A stretch of 64,000 nucleotides of DNA, from assembly GCA_965207455.1 (NCBI GenBank), contig CBDBMJ010000001.1:1344001-1408000 (forward strand), given 5' to 3'. The position numbers were made by a program, and so were the translations under genes. Positions 58,547 to 64,000 of this stretch are shown here, piece by piece (the stretch's first letter is position 1; every line of letters begins with the position of its first letter). Below the pieces are notes generated by a model that saw nothing but the letters and a program-made list of their open reading frames with translations, ran no database searches and was not told where the DNA came from. Source of the stretch: Bdellovibrionota bacterium (GTDB lineage: Bacteria > Bdellovibrionota > UBA1018 > CAIPTA01 > JAALKR01).

Positions 58547-60928
58547 CTAGTTGCTAACACAGGCTTTCCCGAGAAGAGTAGGTACATCCTCAGAACAAGT
58601 TATCGCAAAATTAGCATGAGTATTATCAAATATGTTGGAATAATTCGTCACAGCGCGAACATCCCAACCAGATAAATTAAGAGACTCTAAACTCTGAGTA
58701 TAAGTAAACATTGAACTCATATCCGTTACACTAGAGGTAACAAAATGAGACAGGTCAAGGGACTCTAATCTCAAAGCAGAATAAAACATTAAACTCATAT
58801 TAATTACACTAGAGGTACTCCAATCAGATAAATCGAGTTCAGTTAAATTCGAAGTACGATAAAACATTAGCAACTCATATTAATTACACTAGAGGTATTC
58901 CAACCAGATAAATTAAGGGACTCTAAATTCAAGGAATCAGCAAACATAGCACGCATATTTGTCACGTTAGATGTATTGAAACTAGATAGGTCCAGTGAAG
59001 TTAAGCTAGAGGTATTAGCGAACATAGCAAACATATTTTCTACATTAGATGTATCAAAACTAGATAGGTCCAAGGTCAAACTAGAAGCATTCTTGAACAT
59101 TTCGCCCATATCTGTTACATTAGATGTATCAAAACTAGATACATCAAGCGAAGTTAAACTTGTGGTGTTAAGAAACGCCCCATTTGTAATGGTTACGCTA
59201 GAGGTGTCTGTGATGCCACTAGTAAATTCAGTGAGTTTATCGCATCCAAAGAAAGCAGATGCTAAATTTTTCCAGCCCACTACTCCAAGATTTTTTACCT
59301 CAATTATTTTATTTTTATCTCCTCCATTATTAAAATACCAAGCCGGAAACTTTGGACCTATTATTTTAATTGTGTAGCTTCCTGGATTTTCGTATTCATG
59401 GGTAATATCATCACTAAAGGCAGTAACTGTTTGTTTAGACCCATCCCCCCAATAAACGGTGAAATTGTAATCAAAGTTATTTTCATTTCCATCATTCTCT
59501 CTTAGAGGAAGAGTCACACTTTGATCTTCAACTCCAACACGCCAAACAGATTCAAAAGGAGGGGTAATAAATTCATAAGATATAGCGCTGGAGCAAGCTG
59601 AAACATTACCGAAACTGTCTGTTTGTCTCGTATGATAGGAGTAAGTGTTATAATTAACTAAAAGCACAGATAGAGTTATTTCCATGCTTTCTGCTGTTAT
59701 TCCAATGGAATCTTGTGCCAAGGTACTGCAACTATCGTCAGAATATAATCCAACGCTACCTCCAATCTCTAAATTCCCCAGACTAAAAACTGGATTGGGA
59801 TTATTAGAGGGGTCCGGTGTTACTAGTGATAAGGTGGGTATGAGAGCTATTGTGTCTAACGTATAACCAATATCATTGGAACAAGGAGAAACATTACCAG
59901 CTCTATCCACTTGTTTTGCATAATAGGTATAGGTTTCATCGATACTTAGAGCAGTCTTTAGTGTTAGTGTAATAGAATCACCGGTAGCTGTGCCTGATTC
60001 TATTTTATTTGCCTCTGTACATTGAACATCAGTGTGTAGGCTAACTAGAGCACCATTTTCTACATCAGACACCACAAAACTAGGTGTTGTATTACTTGAT
60101 GGACTGACGGTTCCTTGAGCTAATCCTATCGTTGGTGTCAAGCACTTGAATCCAACTCATAATCCACACCTGCACTGGAGCAGCCAGAAATATTACCAGC
60201 TCTATCCACTTGTTTTGCATAATAGGTATAGGTTTCATCGATACTTAGAGCAGTCTGTAGTGTTAGTGTAATAGAATCACCGGTAGCTCTGCCTGATTCT
60301 ATATTTGCCTCTGCACATTGATCATCAGTGTGTAAGCTAACTAGAGCACCATCTTCTACACCAGACACCACAAAACTAGGTGTTGTATTACTTGATGGCT
60401 GCTGGTTCCTTGAGCTAATCCTATCGTTGGTGCGTTAGGAGCCGTTGAATCCAACTCATAATCCACACCTGCACTGGAGCAGCCAGAAATATTACCAGCT
60501 CTATCCACTTGTTTTGCAAAATAGGTATAGGTTTCATCGATACTTAGAGCAGTCTGTAGTGTTAGTGTAATAGAATCACCGGTAGCTGTGCCTGATTCTA
60601 CTTTACTTGCCTCTGTACATTGAACATCAGTGTGTAGGCTAACTAGAGCACCATTTTCTACATCAGACACCACAAAACTAGGTGTTGTATTACTTGATGG
60701 ACTTAAGGTTACAAGCGATAAATTTGGTGTCCTTACTGGAGTCGTTAAAGAATCACTGCTGCTGCTACAACCAACAAGAGAGGCAAACAGTATAAACGGT
60801 ATTATGTGGAAATTGAGGCTTTTACACGCCAATGCTCCACTGCTGCGTAGGTTTTTCAAGACCCAACCTAAATACATATAAGATGAACTACAAAAAGTTC
60901 CGACCATTTTCACAAACAAGTTATTCAT
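58547..60928 (-). pseudogene. BspA/DUF285 surface lipoprotein with Ig-like repeats, broken by three frameshifts
   Basis: LVGC lipobox; ~95-aa Ig-like repeats ending QVDRAGN.S.CS; PKD-like VYWGDGS; LDLSSFDTSNVT.M..MF repeats; breaks near 60400, 60140 and 58870. Confidence 0.88.
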
Positions 60929-61376
60929 TATAAACCTCCTAAAAATTATTCTTCCAACTTACACTTGTTAAAACGGTCGGAATCCGTAATACCTTTAGAG
61001 GTATTTTTATTATTTTTGTGAAACGGAGAGAATTTTCGTCACAGAAACAAGAAATAGTGTTGAAAAACTCTTTGTTTGAATTCCAATACCGTGTATGAAA
61101 AATAATCAGGCATTTTGATCAAAAATAATTTAGCCTTTTAAAATGTTTCCCGATCTTCCAATAATAAAACAGGATAGAAAAAGACACTGAAGGCACTGAA
61201 AGACGGCAATATACTTTTGCTTAAAGATCATGATTTGGACTGGAAATCGCATTCTGTGTTTAAAAGCGATGTCTTAGTTAATTTTACAGGGATTGTTGCA
61301 TAATTGCCTGAAACCTCACCATATTGCACTCGAAGGAAAAGGAAGCCCTCTTGCCATTCTTTTTTGTGATATATTT

Positions 61377-61450
61377 ATAACATAAAAATTATGTTATTTA
61401 TTAAGCACATAAATATTATGATATTGATTGATTACACAAATATAATGTGA
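61377..61450. promoter_or_regulatory. Three palindromic boxes (ACAYAA-N3-TWATG) at 27-bp period upstream of the hip operon
   Basis: ACATAAaaaTTATGT at 61380, ACATAAataTTATG at 61407, ACACAAataTAATGT at 61434. Confidence 0.65.
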
Positions 61451-61462
61451 TATATCTATAAC

Positions 61463-62371
61463 ATGAGAACTTGCGTGAAATGCTCTAAAGCTCTGGAACC
61501 CTCTGAGGCATATAAATTCTATGGTGTACACAGGCAGTGCTTTATGGCTTGGTTTCGCCTACCCGTATTCCAATATTTTGAAGATTTTGACCATCAGGAA
61601 TCAAGTTCCTCAGATCTCTATAACAAGAGAGTAAAAAGCACTTTCCTTCATGGTAACTACCTCAAGTATACCGCTTATTTGAATAAACAGTCCTACATTA
61701 TAAAAATCCAAGAGGAGAAAGCACCAGAACTTCCAGGCATGGAGTATACTTGTAATAAAATTGCCCAAACACTCTCCATCACTGTACCCCCTTTCTACTA
61801 CCTTATGTTTGTAGAAAAACCAGCATTTATTACAAAGAACTTTATGCACGGTAGTGTTGGCACGTTAAATCACATCTATAAATACTTACCAGAAGGTGAG
61901 AAGCATCACTCCTGTAAAGAAATTATTAAAGTAATAGAGAGGGAGACTGGAAAACTTACAGATATTTTTAGATTTATAGAAATCTGTTTATTTGATGCGC
62001 TTATTGGAAACAATGATCGCCATGGTCGTAATTTGGGAATTATAAATAATCGAGGAAAAAAGACCTTATCTCCAATGTACGATAACCCATCATATTTTGG
62101 TGTCATTGAAGATTCTATGCTGAGCATAGATTTTAATCCAAGTGGATCAATATGGACCTCTGGATCAAAGCGACCAAAAGTAAGGGAATATCTCAAAGAA
62201 TTTAAAGAAATGAGATATGAGAAAGTTTCTGATCACTTCAAGAAAAAATTATTTAGTAAATTAAATGCAATAAGAAAGAACATAAAAAACTCTCCTATTA
62301 GTGAAAAAAGGAGAAAGGCTTTTTTAGAATTTATCGAGAAAAGAGCGGAGGAATTTAACGATGAAAGATAA
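61463..62371 (+). CDS. HipA-like Ser/Thr kinase toxin lacking the N-terminal coupling domain (HipT/HipM-like)
   Basis: N-terminal CxxC...HxxC, YIIK, E..C..IA, GNNDRHGRNLG, LSPMYD. Confidence 0.88.
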   Translation: MRTCVKCSKALEPSEAYKFYGVHRQCFMAWFRLPVFQYFEDFDHQESSSSDLYNKRVKSTFLHGNYLKYTAYLNKQSYIIKIQEEKAPELPGMEYTCNKIAQTLSITVPPFYYLMFVEKPAFITKNFMHGSVGTLNHIYKYLPEGEKHHSCKEIIKVIERETGKLTDIFRFIEICLFDALIGNNDRHGRNLGIINNRGKKTLSPMYDNPSYFGVIEDSMLSIDFNPSGSIWTSGSKRPKVREYLKEFKEMRYEKVSDHFKKKLFSKLNAIRKNIKNSPISEKRRKAFLEFIEKRAEEFNDER

Positions 62372-62993
62372 AAAGAAACTTGCAGTTGACGTATATTTAG
62401 AGAACAGAAAATCTCGTTCTTATGTGGGCAGACTGGAGAAAGTGAAAAGTCATTTTATTTTTAAGTACCATCTCGCATATCAACTTAGCGAAAGAGCAAT
62501 GTCTCTTGGACCGGATTTACCTCTCATAAAGTCAATTCATAAATCTTCTTCTCTCTTTCCAACTTTTGAGGACAGGATTCCTCCCAAAAAAAATCCAGCA
62601 TATAAGGATTACTGCCGAAGAATGGGAATATCTCCAGAAGAGAAAGACCCTCTCATACTGCTTGCAACAATTGGACAAAGAGGACCATCCTCATTTATTT
62701 TTTCTTCTGCCAATATGGATCAATTTAGTAAAGAAGAGATGATAGAGTTTCGGAAGAAATTAAAGCTATCCATACGAGAATTTGCAGATTTATTTGATTT
62801 TTCGCCAGCAACAATCCAAAGAATAGAAAAAGGAAAGACCAGCGGAAAGGACGCTCTAAAGAGGATTGAGCTGTATTATAAGTTTCCGAATGTTGCACTT
62901 TTTGAGTTAGAAAGGTCGGGAGCGAAAATAAACGGCGATGCCCAAATCCATGTTGAGTATATCTTAAGATCAGCAATAAAAACTAGTTCTTAA
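62361..62993 (+). CDS. HipA N-terminal (HipS-like) domain fused to an XRE HTH, putative antitoxin
   Basis: VG.L......F.F.Y, SL..DLP, LFP.F.DRIP; C-terminal RKKLKLSIREFA......ATIQRIEKG. Confidence 0.82.
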   Translation: MKDKKKLAVDVYLENRKSRSYVGRLEKVKSHFIFKYHLAYQLSERAMSLGPDLPLIKSIHKSSSLFPTFEDRIPPKKNPAYKDYCRRMGISPEEKDPLILLATIGQRGPSSFIFSSANMDQFSKEEMIEFRKKLKLSIREFADLFDFSPATIQRIEKGKTSGKDALKRIELYYKFPNVALFELERSGAKINGDAQIHVEYILRSAIKTSS

Positions 62994-63021
62994 TCAATAA
63001 GGTGTAAGGGAAAAGCAAGCC

Positions 63022-63810
63022 CTAGTTATTACTACAAGCCTTGCCTGCAAAATGAGTCACACCGGGGCTACAGATTAGTTCAAACGATTGAGGTATTCCA
63101 GCAAATACCTTAACTGCATGGTGCTTATCTACTTCCTTCCAACCAATTACGTTGAGTCTTTTTAAGTTTTTGGCGAAAGTAAACATATAGTTCGCACGAA
63201 TTAAGTGAGTGGTGTTGAAATTAGAAAGATCAACATCGGTTACACCAGAATAAAGAAACATGCCGGATACTTGTTCCAGATCCTCAGTATTAAACGTGGA
63301 TAGATCAATGGAGGTTAACTTGGAAGTGTTGTAAAATGCAGAGTTCATATTCACCACTCGAGAGGTGTCTGTATTACCTGCCGTAAATTTAACTAGGTTT
63401 GTACATCCTGCAAACGCTTGGTGTAAACTTCTCCAACCCATTTTTCCAAGCTGCTTTACTTCAATCAATTTTGTTTTATCTTTATTACCAAAACGACAAG
63501 CCTCGAGACGTCCCTTGATTTCAATTATATATTCTCCAGCTTGATCATACGTATGGCTTTTACGTGGATCGTCCCAGGCGTCTACCCAATTATTAGAGTA
63601 AGTATCATCTGAATTATCACCCCAATTAACATGAAAGTCGTATCGGTAACCTTTAATTAAGGGAAGGGTAACCGTAAGATCTCCAGTCTTAAGACGCCAA
63701 ACAGTTATAAAAGGTGCGTTCCTATCTATAAATCGTGAAGCAAGACTAGGCGTTGAAGACAATAGCCCAAAGAAAGTTAGTATTAGTGCCCATAATAGAA
63801 TATTTTTCAT
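63022..63810 (-). CDS. Secreted BspA/DUF285 family protein
   Basis: Signal peptide; F.VNWGD, H.Y..AG.Y.I.I.G, LSTFNT/LSNFNT repeats; C-terminus GKACSNN matches the paralog at 58547. Confidence 0.88.
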   Translation of the reverse strand: MKNILLWALILTFFGLLSSTPSLASRFIDRNAPFITVWRLKTGDLTVTLPLIKGYRYDFHVNWGDNSDDTYSNNWVDAWDDPRKSHTYDQAGEYIIEIKGRLEACRFGNKDKTKLIEVKQLGKMGWRSLHQAFAGCTNLVKFTAGNTDTSRVVNMNSAFYNTSKLTSIDLSTFNTEDLEQVSGMFLYSGVTDVDLSNFNTTHLIRANYMFTFAKNLKRLNVIGWKEVDKHHAVKVFAGIPQSFELICSPGVTHFAGKACSNN

Positions 63811-63847
63811 AATTTCCTCTTTTTTATTTAGATGTGCGAGAAATATT

Positions 63848-64000
63848 TTACGGTGTGGATTCAAGCTTCTGCTTTAATGCTAAATTCATTTTTTCAAGAC
63901 TAGGTCCAACAAATCCTTCCAGCATTTTCCACATTAGGGGAACCATCAGTCCAGAAAATTCTTCCTTATGAACAAGTAATGTGCCTCCGTCTTTGGCTGT
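63848..64000 (-). CDS. SRPBCC-domain protein, 3' end only
   Basis: Manual translation ...GGTLLVHKEEFSGLMVPLMW...EKMNLALKQKLESTP*. Confidence 0.65.
   Translation of the reverse strand, partial: TAKDGGTLLVHKEEFSGLMVPLMWKMLEGFVGPSLEKMNLALKQKLESTP

Larger units (their letters stand above)
56155..64000. mobile_element. Putative tRNA-Asp-anchored genomic island or variable region (right end not seen)
   Basis: AT-rich; short repeats next to the tRNA; DUF2958, XRE, TA module, fragmented genes; no integrase in the window. Confidence 0.5.

Overview
Bacterial chromosomal window, most likely from a Bdellovibrionota/Oligoflexia-like deltaproteobacterial lineage (inferred from a RomR-like regulator, a TPR-wHTH regulator and the queC-DUF366 pair). 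The backbone is housekeeping: murJ, aminotransferase, coaD, peroxiredoxin, pal/cpoB, ftsY, queC, hisC-cmk-GT9-hldA, gatCAB, pcrA, dksA, trmB, nadC, birA, a probable 6S RNA and tRNA-Asp. Accessory blocks of note: (1) a ~2.9-kb tandem duplication hanging off the 3' end of hldA/rfaE1. Each unit encodes a secreted 160-aa protein and a 660-690-aa protein whose N-terminal ~275 aa and C-terminal tip are conserved while the HExxH gluzincin-type domain between them is highly divergent; each unit is bordered by a near-identical copy of the hldA 3' end. This is a candidate swappable effector-cassette system. (2) A bioB-F-D-A operon without bioC/bioH that ends in a diiron ferritin-like BioE-type gene and is preceded by a rhodanese. 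(3) A Panacea antitoxin paired with a membrane protein. (4) A decayed IS1202-family element. (5) A DtxR regulator plus cytochrome c-FTR1 iron permease with tandem palindromic operators. (6) An AT-rich island after tRNA-Asp carrying DUF2958, XRE, fragmented and intact BspA/DUF285 surface proteins, and a kinase-first HipA/HipS-HTH module. All calls are from motif recognition by eye; no database searches were run.
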